Under the pieces are notes generated by a model that was not told the origin of the DNA, did no database searches, and saw only the letters and a list, made by a program, of their open reading frames with translations. Shown one piece after another: positions 27,797 through 40,462 of a stretch of 64,000 bases of DNA; the first letter of the stretch is position 1; every line of letters begins with the position of its first letter. The DNA is taken from assembly GCF_963921235.1 (NCBI RefSeq), contig NC_086097.1, positions 154,754,001 through 154,818,000 on the forward strand. The letters run 5' to 3'. The position numbers and the translations under genes are program-made. The DNA is from Mobula hypostoma. Taxonomy: Eukaryota.

Positions 27797-27841
27797 AGGC
27801 TTTCCTGGAAGTCCCGGATCTCCTCTAGCACCGGGTAAGCC
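27797..27841 (-). CDS. COL22A1: Collagen exon, 45 bp: GLPGARGDPGLPGKP
   Basis: ttgcag|GGC...CCT|gtatgt. Confidence 0.95.
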
Positions 27842-28578
27842 CTGCAAGACAAACCAGAAACCTTTTCACATACAGAAGTCACTTTTATTCTCAAGAAAAT
27901 CTAGATATAGCAATTCCAAATTATTTCAGGTTATATAAAATTCTTCTGGTGAATGAGGCAAGGTCACAACATAAATCAGCATCTGTAAGTGTCTACTTTA
28001 AAAGTTTGTGTGTCTTTATTTTCAGGAAACATTCTATCCACCAATGATCATCATATGGGAATAATTTACTACTTGTTTAGTTGCTGGTGATAACAAAGCA
28101 GTTCAATTAATCAGTTTAACTGGTTCCTAAAACTATCATGCTTTTAGGAAGATAAAACTTACCTCAGTAAAATTAATTTTGGCTTTTGTTGACAATATAT
28201 AAAGCATAATTTTTATCTGGCCTTCCACTGAACATCCCTCTGGATTTTCCTCTCTTTTCACTTTAGTGAGAGGGTGGGATGATATGTGATTTATGCCTGA
28301 CTTTCTAAAATGTTTTTTTTTCTTTCTGTTAGCAGCTCCAATTGGATTTCTCTGCACTGCACGTTACCCACTGAAACAAAGGATAATAGGCTACTCTGAT
28401 CCTGGCTCTCACTAAGTGCTGCTGAGGAGTTTGCAGTGGGAGGTTGTGATGGCTATACTAATGGCTGGTCTCCACTTCTGTTAGATAATCAGATGTGGAA
28501 TTTTATTTTGTAGGGTCAGCAAAACTGATTAATGTTAATGTTATAGAATCCTTTATTGTGAAGATTAGTAAGACTTAC

Positions 28579-28632
28579 ATCATTTCCTGGGGGCCCAATT
28601 TGGCCTCTGAATCCAGGTGGACCTCGTGGACC
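28579..28632 (-). CDS. COL22A1: Collagen exon, 54 bp: GPRGPPGFRGQIGPPGND
   Basis: ttctag|GGT...GAT|gtaagt. Confidence 0.95.
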
Positions 28633-29237
28633 CTAGAAATTAAAATAATGCCATGTTTTAATCATCAAGATACTAGATCAAATCATAATATTGACAAAGT
28701 ACTTCTGGGTATATTTAAATGCAGTTTTAAAGACTCACATAAAATGACTGTCCATGTACCTTATTTGACTTCCAGGAATTAAACTATTAAGTATGGGTTG
28801 TATAGAAGCTAAACAGTGATCCAAAAGAATGTTTCAAAAGATAAATGGTTTTACAGGTGCCAGGTGACTTGTCTCCTGTGATAAAAATAGTACCTGCTGG
28901 AAACACTCAGCAGGTCAAGAGAATCTTTAGAGAGTGTAACAGAGTTCACATTTCAGAATCATCAGGATGAGATCTTAACATTGTCCTGCTGAATGTTTGC
29001 AGTAATTTCAGCAACTACAAGCATTTCATTTTCATTAATAGGATTACAGGATGTGGCTGTTACAGAATAAATCAGCATTTATTGTACATCATGAATTATC
29101 CTTAGAAAGTTGAAGGCAACTGCTTCCCTGAACAACTGCAGCTATTGCAGTGAAGGCATACTCACCGTACTCTTCACTGGCATTTAGTCAAATGATAAAT
29201 GAACAGTCATATCAAGATAATATGACTTGTCAGGGGA

Positions 29238-29840
29238 AGACCATATGACCATAAGATACAGGAGCAAAATTAGGCCATTTGGCCCAATGAGTCTGCTCCG
29301 CCACTTCATCATGGCTGATCCATTTTCCCTCTCAGCCCCAATCTGCTGCTTTCTCCCTTTTTCCCTTCATGCCCTGACTAATCAGAATCCATCAACCTTT
29401 GCCTTAAATATACCCAATGACTTGGACTCCATAGCCACCTGGAGCAAGGAATTCCACAGATTCACCACTCTGGCTAAAGAAATTCCTCTTCATCTTTGTT
29501 CTAAAAGGACATCCCTCTATTCTGAGGCTGTGTCCTCTGTTCTTAAGACACCCCATCATAGGAAACATCCTCTCCACATCCACTCTTTAGTGGCCTTTCA
29601 ACATTCGATAGGTTTCAATGAGGTCACCCTCATTTTTCTGAATTCTTGTGATTAGAGGGTCAGAGCCATCAAATTCTCCTGATGTGACAAGCCTTTCAAT
29701 CACAGAATCATTTCTGTGAACCTCCTTTGAAGCCTGTCCCATCCTTTCTTAGATAAGGGCACAAAATTGTTCACAATACTTCACTAGTGCCTTAAAAAGT
29801 CTCAACATTACATCCTTGCTTTTACATTCAAGTCCTCTTA
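29238..29840 (-). mobile_element. CR1 LINE 3' fragment
   Basis: gaccataag tail; MLAFILRGLECKSKDVMLRLFKAL remnant. Confidence 0.8.
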
Positions 29841-30507
29841 AAATGAATGCTAACATCATATTTGATGTTAACGCAAGGATAATGTAAAATAAACATGGAA
29901 TTAATGTAGGATTAATGTAAATCAGTGGTTGATGGTACACAGTTCTTTTTAAGCTGCATGTCTCTAAGCCTCTATGCTCTATGACATGGAGAGAAACTTA
30001 CATATGAATGGTTTTCAAATGGAAAGAAGCCATTAAACCACCAAATCAGTAACAACTTTAATTAAGAACATTTCAGATAGTCCCACGACTCTGTTCTCTT
30101 CTCATAAGCCATCAAATTACTTCATTACAGATAGCTATCCAGCTTCCATTTGAATACTATAAATCAAACATCAGCACCCTCGAGAGTGCGATCCATGCCC
30201 CAACCACAGTGGACAAAATAATCTTCATGTCACTCTTAGTCATTTTTCCATTCATCTTCATTCAATTTCCTCGGTTCTTGAGCCCTCTGACAACTCTAAA
30301 TATCTTTCAATGATTTTAAACATCTCTATGAGATCCCCTTGCAAACTCATCTTTTGCAAGTACAACCCTTCCTTTCCTAGCAACCTATAAATTAAAGCCA
30401 TTTTTCCCTGAATTCTTTTTGGTATTTTTTTTCTGCTCATTTCTTTGACCTTTACATTCTTTCTGAAGTGTGGTTCCTAGAAATGGAAACATACTCCAAG
30501 TATAGTT

Positions 30508-31495
30508 TATAGTCATAGTCATACTTTATTGATCCCAGGGGGAAATTGGTTTTCGTAACAGTTGCACCATAAATAATAAATAGTAATAGAACCATAAATA
30601 GTTAAATAGTAATATGTAAATTATGCCAGTAAATTATGAAGTAAATCCAGGACCAGCCTATTGGCTCAGGGTGTCTGACCCTCCAAGGGAGGAGTTGTAA
30701 AGTTTGATGGCCACAGGCAGGAATGACTTCCTATGACGCTCTGTGCTGCATCTTGGAGGAATGAGTCTCTGGCTGAATGTACTCCTGTGCCCACCCAGTA
30801 CATTATGTAGTGGATTGGAGACATTGACCAAGATGGCATGCAACTTGGACAGCATCCTCTTTTCAGACACCGCCGTGAGAGAGTCCAGTTCCATACCCAC
30901 AACATCACTGGCCTTTCGAATAAGTTTGTTGATTCAATTGGTGTCTGCCACCCTCAGCCTGCTGCCCCAGCACACAACAGCAAACATGATACCACTGGCC
31001 ACCACAGACTCGTAGAACATCCTCAGTATCGTCCGGCAGATGTTAAAGGACCTCAGTCTCCTCTGGAAATAGAGACAGCTCTGACCCTTCTTGTAGTCAG
31101 CCTCAGTGTTTCTTGACCAGTCCAGTTTATTGTCAATACGTATCCCCAGGTATTTGTAATCCTCCACCATGTCCACACTGACCCCCTGGATGAAAACAGG
31201 GGTCACCGGTACCTTAGCTCTCCTCAGGTCTACCACCAGCTCCTTAGTATTTTTCACATTAAGCTGCAGATAATTCTGCTCACACCATGTGACAAAGTTT
31301 CCTACAGTAGCCCTGTACTCGACTTCATCTCCCTTGCTGATACATCCAACTATGGCACAGTCATCTGAAAACTTCTGAAGATGGCAAGACTCCGTGCAGT
31401 AGTTGAAGTCTGAGGTGTAAATGGTGAAGAGAAAGGGAGACAAGACAGTCCCCTGTGGAGCCCCAGTGCTGCTGATCACTCTGTCGGATGCAGTG
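30508..31495 (-). mobile_element. Rex1/Babar-type LINE, 5'-truncated (RT C-terminal half), relatively young
   Basis: ORF 30934-31479 (GAPQGTVLSPFLFTIYTSD...KFSDD); ORF 30658-30900 C-terminus; tagtca-repeat tail. Confidence 0.85.
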
Positions 31496-31789
31496 TTTTA
31501 TAAATGTTGAGCATGACTTTTGTTCTCTTATACTGTACATTTCTGTTTACAAAGGTCAACATGCCATTTTCTGGTGGAGGCACATTATTGTTCCAAGTTA
31601 TACAGAGTACCAATTAATTGTATAGAAATGGAAAGATGGGGTCGTTCAAGAGGGTGTTAGATGCACTACCCAGAGTGTAAAGAACTTAATGTCTGTGTTG
31701 GCTTCTTTGATGTAAACATACAGAAAGGAATCAGGCCATTGGGTTCAGCTTGTCCACACTAACCATTAATCCCACAGACTTCTGTGTCT

Positions 31790-34470
31790 AAACAATTCAA
31801 GTGCTCATCTATTCCTTTGTTGTTGTCAGTGACCCTGCTTCAAACATTCTCTCAGGCAGTGGATCCCAGTACTTACCATTCTCTGGGTGAAGAAAAGAGT
31901 CTCCATCATTACTGATTCCCCTCTCTCTAAATCTAAGTCGCTTAGTTTTACCTATCTCTGATATGGGGGAAAGTTTCCTAAAGTCTTCCCTATCAATACC
32001 TCTCATAATTTTATATATATTAGTTATATTCCCTCCAGTGAGAACAGAACTTGCTTCTCAAATCTCTCTTCATTACAGAACTGCTCCATCCGAGGCAACA
32101 TTCTAGTGAATCTCCTCTGCACCCCTCCCAGCGCCATCACGCCAATTCTATAGCATGATGCCCAGAACTTTATTTAGTATTCTAAATGAGATGAGACCAA
32201 TGTTTTATAAATTTGGAACATAAATTCTCTATTTCTGTATTCAATGTTCCAACTAATAATGAGCGGTATTACATTTGCCTTCCTAATTTTTTTTATCTAC
32301 ATATGTTGCCATTTTCGAGAATCTGTGGATTGGTATTCCAAGTACTTCAATTCCATAGTAGTCCCTAAGATCCTACCATTCATGGTCTATGACGTAGGCT
32401 CTTTAGTACTCCCAAATCTATCATCTCTCACCTTGATTAAATTCCGTCTGCCATTTTTAGACAATTTTGCTGACAGATTAATAATCCTCTGCAGCCTAAA
32501 CATACTTTCCACAACAACTCCACCAATCTTTTTGTCATCAGCAAACTTACTAATCATGCTTTATACATCAACATTCATTCATGTAAATTGCAAACAATAA
32601 GGGTCACAGCCAATATTCTTTCTAAATTTTTTTTACCACTGTGCAGACCAACCATTACTCTGAACAGGAAATTTTTTACACAGCCTGAAAATTGTGTAGC
32701 ATTTCAATTTTTTTGTACTATGCATACTATGAATATTTTGAATGAAAATTGAAAAATCACATATTTCTGATTTTATTTATTAATTCAAGAGTATAATGAC
32801 ATTATGAAATTTCATGTTTCTTAAACTTTTAAACTTGGATGATATTGGCTTTCAGCTGGCTGACTCTTATTAACAATAAGCAATTGACTTCCATTTTGTG
32901 TCATTTATTACAATTTGTAACAGTGTTGTAAATACTTTCAACCTCTAAAATATTTCAAAGTAAGTTGAGATATGTTTACGATTTAGAAAATGTATGGATT
33001 ATTTTCATTAACACATAATTAATTACAGGGTATTTCACGATACATTGATATAAACTGTTCCCACTAAGCTTTGCGGGTATGCGGCAACAAAGGATATGTG
33101 CATGGGAGCATTTCAGTCACTGCACCTGCAAAACTTAGTGCCTCATCACTAATCCTTTTAGGATTAATACCCAATCACAAAAAAAAATTATTTGTGATTT
33201 TTTTTAAATATCAGAAACAAAAATTCTAACATTACCCTCTCCTTTTGCCAAGCCAATTTTGGACCCATTTTGCCAACCTGCTTTGGATTCTAGGGACACT
33301 AGCTTTTGAACCAGTTTTCTATAGGTATTTTCAAAGGACTTACTAAAAAGTATTGCCCTGTCTTCAGCAATACATTTTGTTACCATTTCAAAGAATTCAA
33401 TCAAATTGGTCTGACAGGATTGTAATGACTGTCTCTGATTAAATCCTCTCTTTCTAAGTGATCACTAATCCTCTTCCCTCAGAATTGTTTTCCTGTATCC
33501 TCCCTACCAGTGATGTTAGGCTCTCAGGTCTATAGTTACCATGCTTTTCCCTGCTGTGCTTCTTGAAAAGGAGGATAATGTTTGCAGATCACCAGTTACC
33601 TGTTACCTCATATGTCCAACTAAGGTTTAAAAATCTCAGCCAGAGCCCCAGTAATCTGTTTCCTTGCCACAGTAGAAGCCTAAAATAAATCAATCCTGTC
33701 ATGGGGATTTATACACCTTCAAGTCTGCTAAGGCATCAAGTAACTTCTTCTTTATGGAGACATCCAACTACAAATTTTCTTTGTGATTACCATTAAAATA
33801 TATTCTCCTAGGACTTCACCTATCACCTAAATCAAATTGCCCTTTTTTCAATTTAAAAGCTTCTCTATACGTTTCCACATCCATTTTAAAAATATAGAGA
33901 GCTATGTTCACTATCTTAAAAATGAATAGCACTTCCACTTGACCTGATATTGCACAGGATAAGGTCCAGCAATGCTCCTTCCCTCAAAGATGTATCTATA
34001 TACTGCTTCAAAGAGCTCTCCTGTTCACACATCAAAAACTCTGCTCCCCTCCGTACATTACTGAACATTACTGCACAGGAACAGACTTAATATCTATGCC
34101 AACAATTGTGCCAACTTAAGCCATTTACGCTAAGGCATGCCCAGTTACTATTTGGGAGCTGAAATCCCCCTGTACAATTACCTTTTTTTTTGTCATATCT
34201 CTGGGATACTTGCCTACATATCATATCTGTTGGAAGGTCTGTAATACATCTCCAGAAAAGGAACAATATTATTTCAAATCTCTATCTGTATGGTCACGTT
34301 TTAGGAGCCTTCTAAGACATCCTCCCTCAGTACTGAAATAACACAATCTTTGACTCACAGTGCACTGTCTCATCCACTTTTGCTACCTCCTCTGCCTAAC
34401 CTGAAATTTCTATATACTGGGATACTGAGTTGCTGTGATGGAAACAACAGACTGGGCCCAACCCCCTTAG
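31790..34470 (-). mobile_element. Old CR1 fragments (~31790-32610 and ~33210-34470)
   Basis: Degenerate CR1 ORF2 peptides (IEFFEMVTKCI; MRGIDRED). Confidence 0.55.
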
Positions 34471-34830
34471 TAATTAACCCTTGAACTGAAATCCACTTTG
34501 CTAGTTCTAATCCTTGTAACAAAACAAATGCAATTTAATTTTGAGTTCCATTGTTGTATATTTATTCATTATTCTGCAGACTGGACTTACTATTTTTCAT
34601 CTACTTGATTGCGTCTCTATCTCAACAACTACTCTGAATCCCCTTCCCTTGCCAATTCATTTAAAATTTTTCCTAACAGCACTAACATTTTCCCCCCAGG
34701 AAGAAATGAACAAAATCAAAGCATACAATCCAGCAAAATCTTGGCATTTAAGCATTGTGTGATAATTTAACAAAGCAGTCCATTGAACAGTTGGAATCTT
34801 CACATGAATTAACATAATGTTTTGTCATAC

Positions 34831-34866
34831 CGGATGACCTCGTTCACCCTGTTGTCCTGCAGAGCC
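34831..34866 (-). CDS. COL22A1: Collagen exon, 36 bp: GSAGQQGERGHP
   Basis: gcccag|GGC...CCG|gtatga. Confidence 0.93.
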
Positions 34867-36856
34867 CTGGGCAAGAAGAAAGAAAATCACAATGTTATTA
34901 TGTTTTTCCTAACATGTAAATTGGTTATTTTTCATGAACTCTAGTCTCCATTCAGTGATGAACAATCAGGAATGACCAAAGGGCCAACAAGAAGCCATAA
35001 TTGTTAATAAAACACCATTAGTCAACATTTTAGGGGGTTTTTAAAGTTTTATTGCATTTGGGACACAGAGTCGATTTGTATTTTTTTTAAAACTATGTAA
35101 CTAACAGCCTTTTAGCAATATGACAACCAGACAATAAACGCATCCAGAAGATTAGAGTGTTTTAGGCATTTGTTAGTATGATATTTAAAAACTAAAAGTC
35201 TGATACTAACAATTGGTAAAATAATTCAGCCATAGAAGAAGTGATTGTGACATCAACAAATTTGCATAACGGCAAATAATTTGCAATGATAACATCCACA
35301 GGTTGTGAAAGGGACAAAATAAATAGAGGAAGTTTTTGTTGTTTGCATGGTTAAACAGCAGTTCAAATAAATTCATTCCAAATCTCAAAGTGAGACGAGT
35401 TTCATCACCCTCCATACCCTCTGCTTTTGGTGAGTAATGAATGGTGGTAGAGCAACGCTTAGTGAAATATAGAGGTCAGGCAGCCTTTGTTGAAAATGTC
35501 ACTATATCGTCAAGTCTGAGTAAAAAGTCATGATGGATGCTTTCTGTGGAGGACATTAAATTTATTACTGTTCACAAATTGCTTTGTAATTGTTTTGAGA
35601 GCTTACTGACAAGGAATTATTCCAAGCTAGATTTTAACAAGTATAACTACTGCCTTGATATTTCACGAGTACATAAACATTTTGATCCAAATGCAAATTT
35701 GCCAGAAAAGCATTTTATCTCCACACAGTCTCTTATTAAAAATGCAGTGTTTGTGTCTGTCCCTTTATTCTGGTGTATGTTCATTGATGGAGATTAATGT
35801 GTTGATCTTCTGTTCTTGGAAAATTTAAATCATTTCACATGGAACAGGGGAGAATGCTAAAGCAGAATGGCAGTGAATGGGCACATAAAATGAGTTATTA
35901 ATGAAAGAATAGTATTAATAAATAGTTTGCCTTATGAAACAAAGAGAAGAACATTAGCATTCTTTCAGAGTCATGTGTTCACAGTGCCTCTTCTAGATGT
36001 AAGCAAGCTCTGGTCATATTGTTATCCACAAGTGATGGAAACATCCTGTCATGATGACAGCAAATTATAAAATGTCATTTCAACAATTACTTGGCATTTT
36101 GAGAAATATGAAGATAACAGCAAAAGATAATGATCCATAAACTTAATACAACATTTTCAAAGTAATGAAGTTAATTATGATGTGCTAATAATTGGAGAAT
36201 AGGATGTGAAACCTGATTTATTGGCCTGAAAAGTGACCCGTGGAATCAACTGTGCTTGGAGTGGATACTTCAAATATTCCCAGTGAAGCTGGCAGTCAAG
36301 TGCAATAAGTGAGATCAAGAGATTGAGTGAATTCATAATCTTTTGTATAATTTCAGGAATATTAGACAGAAGCATATGTTCATAGGGGAGCTTTAAAACT
36401 GGTTTGTATCCAATGTAAGAGGAAACTTTGTGCCAAGTGTTGCATTGAGAGTTACGAGCTTCAGTAAAGAATATCCTTTTTTTAAAAAACTCTTCTTGTG
36501 CATTTATGTAGGTGGCAACACACAAAAAGAAAGCAAATTTTAATTTAACCTGGATCTCAGTTCCTTCAGTCAGGGGCTAGACCTATACTTACAGGCCTAC
36601 TGAGTAAAATTGATGAAATTAACTCAAATTTAGACCGACATTATGCTATCCTGCATCATTTGGAATGGAGCTGAGACAGAATACATAGTAACCCGTTTCC
36701 TTTTATCAAATGTGCTGATGGACATGCTTATAAAAATCAACACATAAAAATTAAATTTCTGTTACCTTAAAACCCAAAGCACAACATATCTTTAATTACT
36801 TGACTTAAATTTGCTTCCAAAAAACAGTACTTTTGACAATTTATCATTTAACTTAC

Positions 36857-36934
36857 TGATGGTCCAGGGATTCCTTCACCTGGAGGTCCCTTTTCACCAG
36901 TCATCCCTGGTATTCCAGGATCCCCTGGATCACC
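36857..36934 (-). CDS. COL22A1: Collagen exon, 78 bp: GDPGDPGIPGMTGEKGPPGEGIPGPS (Gly-X-Gly imperfection)
   Basis: ttgcag|GGT...TCA|gtaagt. Confidence 0.95.
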
Positions 36935-37586
36935 CTGCAAGGAGGAAAGCAATGGATCATATTAGGGCATGAGAATGAATAATTTGCTGCATTCTAATTT
37001 GTTATTTTTATGTGTTATCTTCGTGGGTACCGGAAACTCTTGGAGACACAGGAGATAACACGACAGCACATGCAGGAGCAATTCAGTGGGTTGAATCATC
37101 TGTGTGCGGGGTGGGGGGGTGTGGAGGGAAGAATTGTTGATACTTCGGTTTGGCACAGTCTTGATGCAGGGTCTGAAATGTCATCAATTCCTTTCCCTGT
37201 GCATATGCTACTTGACCCATTGAGTTTCTCCAGCAGGTAGTAGCATTGTAAATAACCGTCGAAGGTTTCATAATATTGAATATAGGTAGACATTTTTTTT
37301 TGCTCTAAGGTTTATGGCTATTCTTAGCATTGTAAACTCTTGAAGATTTCATTTCCTCTCTGGTCTTGATGCTTCTAGTTGTGGAGGAGCCAAAACTAGT
37401 TTCATAATTAAAAGGTGAGGTTTATTGAAAAGTAACCATTGGTTATAGCTAACCTCAAACTACACTTGATCACAATTGCATAAATCTTTTGAGAACTCCT
37501 TACAAAATTGAAGAAGACATAGAATTTATAACATTGAATATTACAGTACAACAACACCTTCAGTCCTTGATGTTGTGAACTAATTC

Positions 37587-38231
37587 CAGGGGTGGTGAAT
37601 CTTTTTGAGAATGTGTGCCCAAATTGGCAATAATCTCCTCAAAAATTCCTCTCATGTCATGGTAATTTTGAGCAGAGATTATCATCGATTAACAAATTAG
37701 TAAAAAAGAATTATGGACTTTTTTTTTAAAAAAAGGAAAGAGGTTGAGCCCTGTTTCTTATTTACACGTATTCACTGTTTTACTATTAATACAAGTGTAA
37801 CAGAGACAGATTGAAATCAATGAGGCATTTTATAAATCCAGTTCAAAAATTATTCATAATTTTTAAAAGGACAATTGAAAAATAACATCATATCTAAATA
37901 GTATTGTTATTGTAACTGGTTACTATCCAAGCACTGATTTGTATACCAGGCCAGTGTGGATTTCAAACCCGATCATCAAACATCATGTATTCTAACAATT
38001 GCCTAGCTGGTGCCAAGCTCACATGAGCTGTTTACTGTGAAAACGACTTCAGTGCTGTTGTGTTGTAAGAAAAATACTTTGCTGCTTTCTTTGGCAGTAA
38101 AGATAATCATTATGTACCTTTTTATAATGGGTTGGATTTAAAGAATCGTGAGCTGGTACTGCATGTCACAGTGCCAACAAAATTTTGTATGTGCCATTTT
38201 GAACATGCATGCCATAGGTTTGCCATTCCCG
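37587..38231. mobile_element. Degraded non-autonomous hAT-like element
   Basis: Imperfect TIRs caggggtggtgaa / tttgccattcccg; no recognisable TSD. Confidence 0.45.
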
Positions 38232-38639
38232 AATTAAGCCAATTACATCCACTCCTTTCTGCTTGTACTTGGTCCATATCTCTCTATTCTCTGCATATTG
38301 ATGTGCCTCTCTAAGAGCCTTCTACTTGACATTTAAATTTACTTGGCACTTTATCCATAAAGTGACATTGCCGACAGTGCAATTGTCCCTCAATGGAATG
38401 TCAAAGTCTAGATGTTTGAATTTGGTGACAAGTGTAATATGGAAATTCATGGAAGAGGTTACAGGTGTGCAAATGACCGGCAATAAATAGATTATGATTT
38501 AAAAGAAACAGGATACATGGGTGAGAAAAACATTCAGGAACGAAAAAAGGAAAAGGAATGCAGCTAGTTTATAGTGTAGCTACGTAAACACTATGGCTAC
38601 AGAAATACATACCTCTAACACATCTCAGACATATCTTAG

Positions 38640-39072
38640 AAACAGATCATTTCCTCCCTGCTTTCCACTGGGATTGCTCCTTCTGTGAATCCCTTGGCTT
38701 TTGTCCCTCCCTATTAATCCCCCTCCTGGCACTTAACCCTGCAAGTGGAAAAGGTGCTATACCTGCCATTCACCTCCTCCCTCACCTCCATTCAGGGATC
38801 CCAACAGTTCTTCCACGTGAGGCAACACTTCACCTGAGACCAATGGCCAACCATTTTAATTCCCATTACAATTCTGACACAACGCTTCATGGCCACCTCT
38901 ACTGCCACAATGGAGCCACTCTTAAGGTTGGAGGAGCAGAATCAAAATAAGGTTTGTTATCACTGGTACGTGTCGTGAAATCAGTTAACTTTGAAGCCAC
39001 AGCAACACCTCATATTCCATCTGGGTAGCCTCCAAATTGATGGCATGAACATTAATTTCTCAAACTTCTGGT
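38640..39072 (+). mobile_element. Degraded Penelope-like GIY-YIG fragment
   Basis: Similar to 4480-4970 (gtgaggcaacacttcacctg; ctgggtagcctccaa..gatggcatgaacatt). Confidence 0.7.
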
Positions 39073-39808
39073 AATTTTCCAGAAGGTGATGAAGCAGAAA
39101 CAGAAAAGGGAACGAATATAGGCAGACAGAACCACAAAGATGCTGCATGCAAGAATCTATCACCATGAAAAGGCCCACAAAAGAACAACTGATAATTTCA
39201 ATTTCAATAGAATTTTTATTTGTTACTTTCAATATCTTCTCCACACAGGTCCACTTCATATCTTTGTGTCTTCTGGCTTCAGCTCAGACTTTTACTAAAT
39301 TCCACTTCATTTTGAACTCCTACTTTCAAGCATACACATATACTCGGGGTTTCTTACTTAGCATTTTCTCCCTGCTTCGATTCAGGCTCACACCTCTGAA
39401 GCCTGTGTCTTTGCAATTTGGCATTTTCTCTCAGCTTTCTTTCTGGCTCAACACTTTGAAGTCCATTTTAAGTTCCAAGCATGACCTCTCTGACACCTTG
39501 TTCAGGTTCAGAAAGCACACCTACTGCTTGCTGATTTCATCAAAGAGACCTAACTTACGTAACTGGTCTTTTAGCATTATTTAGCCCCATCTCAACAGAT
39601 GGCCAGCAATACAACGATACCTAATAAGGGATAAAAAGGGTCAAATGTACAAATTAGGTCACATGTGCACTTCAATACCATGAAAGGTCATGAAATGCAG
39701 GCAGAAGCACTGTATACCAAAATGGTCATGATACCATATAAGGATATGTGTTAAGCATTTGTACGCATCACCATCAGTGACAGGGGGGAAATTGCCACTC
39801 GTGCCATG

Positions 39809-39815
39809 TATAAAA
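39809..39815 (+). promoter_or_regulatory. TATA box (TATAAAA) of the protamine-like gene
   Basis: Consensus TATAAAA starting 60 nt upstream of the ATG; an Inr-like GCAGT lies ~30 nt downstream (39838-39842). Confidence 0.7.
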
Positions 39816-39868
39816 TGCCAACGTTTCTGAAGTGTTAGCAGTAGTCAGAGCTAAGCCAAAGCAGCAAT

Positions 39869-39973
39869 ATGGCAAGAGGCCAGTCTCGGAAAAGCTCTGG
39901 AAGAGGAAGAAGACGTGTTGGTCGGAGAAGGAGGAGAAGACGTAGAGGGCGAAGAGGAAGGAGAAGTCATTAA
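39869..39973 (+). CDS. Protamine-like sperm nuclear basic protein, 34 aa, intronless, nested antisense in a collagen intron: MARGQSRKSSGRGRRRVGRRRRRRRRGRRGRRSH
   Basis: 18/34 Arg with an R8 tract encoded by mixed codons (CGG/AGA/AGG/CGT/CGA), so not a microsatellite. MAR start, N-terminal Ser cluster, no acidic residues. Kozak gcaatATGG, upstream TATA, downstream AATAAA. Resembles dogfish protamine scylliorhinine Z3 (recalled as ARSRSRRSYGRGRRRGGRRR...). Confidence 0.88.
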   Translation: MARGQSRKSSGRGRRRVGRRRRRRRRGRRGRRSH

Positions 39974-40126
39974 CTCTCTCAAGACATTTCAAATGGAAAA
40001 TAAGCCACATTTGGACCAACGAATATTAAGAGCCAACTACTGCATGAAACATCCTGCTATGTCCTACAATTAGCAGACTGACTTGCCTTGCATGTGAAGA
40101 CTTCATTATCTTGTTGTTTGACAATG

Positions 40127-40132
40127 AATAAA
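40127..40132 (+). terminator. Polyadenylation signal AATAAA of the protamine-like gene
   Basis: First canonical AATAAA after the stop codon, ~150 nt downstream. Confidence 0.65.
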
Positions 40133-40246
40133 AGCATCAGCAATGATGCTGGAAAAAAATATGTGTATGCCTTGATATTTTTAGATAAGAGCATATAGAT
40201 ACAGAAATATACGTACAGTTCCACAATGATCTAGATATTTTCTTAC

Positions 40247-40291
40247 CTTGGGTCCTTGGGGTCCTGGTAATCCAGGTGTACCAGGTTGGCC
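40247..40291 (-). CDS. COL22A1: Collagen exon, 45 bp: GQPGTPGLPGPQGPK
   Basis: ttatag|GGC...AAG|gtaaga. Confidence 0.95.
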
Positions 40292-40462
40292 CTATAAGTA
40301 CAAACATCAATGTTAATGTGCTGAATAACAGTATAAACCCCTGCATGTCTTTTTGTTTAAATTGCCAAGTCAATAGATCCAAACTTTCACTAAATTGAAC
40401 ATTCTTGGTCTTACAACAAAAAGCCTACACTTCCAAACATTGTGTAATATGAGTTAACTTAC

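Noticed and set aside
28163..28370. 208-nt minus-strand segment with a good acceptor (tttcag) and donor (GAG|gtaagt)
   Set aside because: Not a multiple of 3 and has an in-frame stop; at best a pseudo-exon or poison exon, unsupported without transcript data.
39147..39584. 145-aa plus-strand ORF and purine-rich minus strand just upstream of the protamine (second sperm-protein gene?)
   Set aside because: Phe/Leu/Ser-rich composition typical of pyrimidine-rich non-coding DNA; the minus frames have several stops; no recognisable family.
39559..39620. AG...GTAAGT-bounded candidate for the missing Cys-rich collagen exon
   Set aside because: 62 nt, so not frame-preserving, and no resemblance to the expected peptide.
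39774..40019. 81-aa Phe-rich minus-strand ORF
   Set aside because: Antisense shadow of the purine-rich protamine ORF; non-ATG start and no supporting signals.
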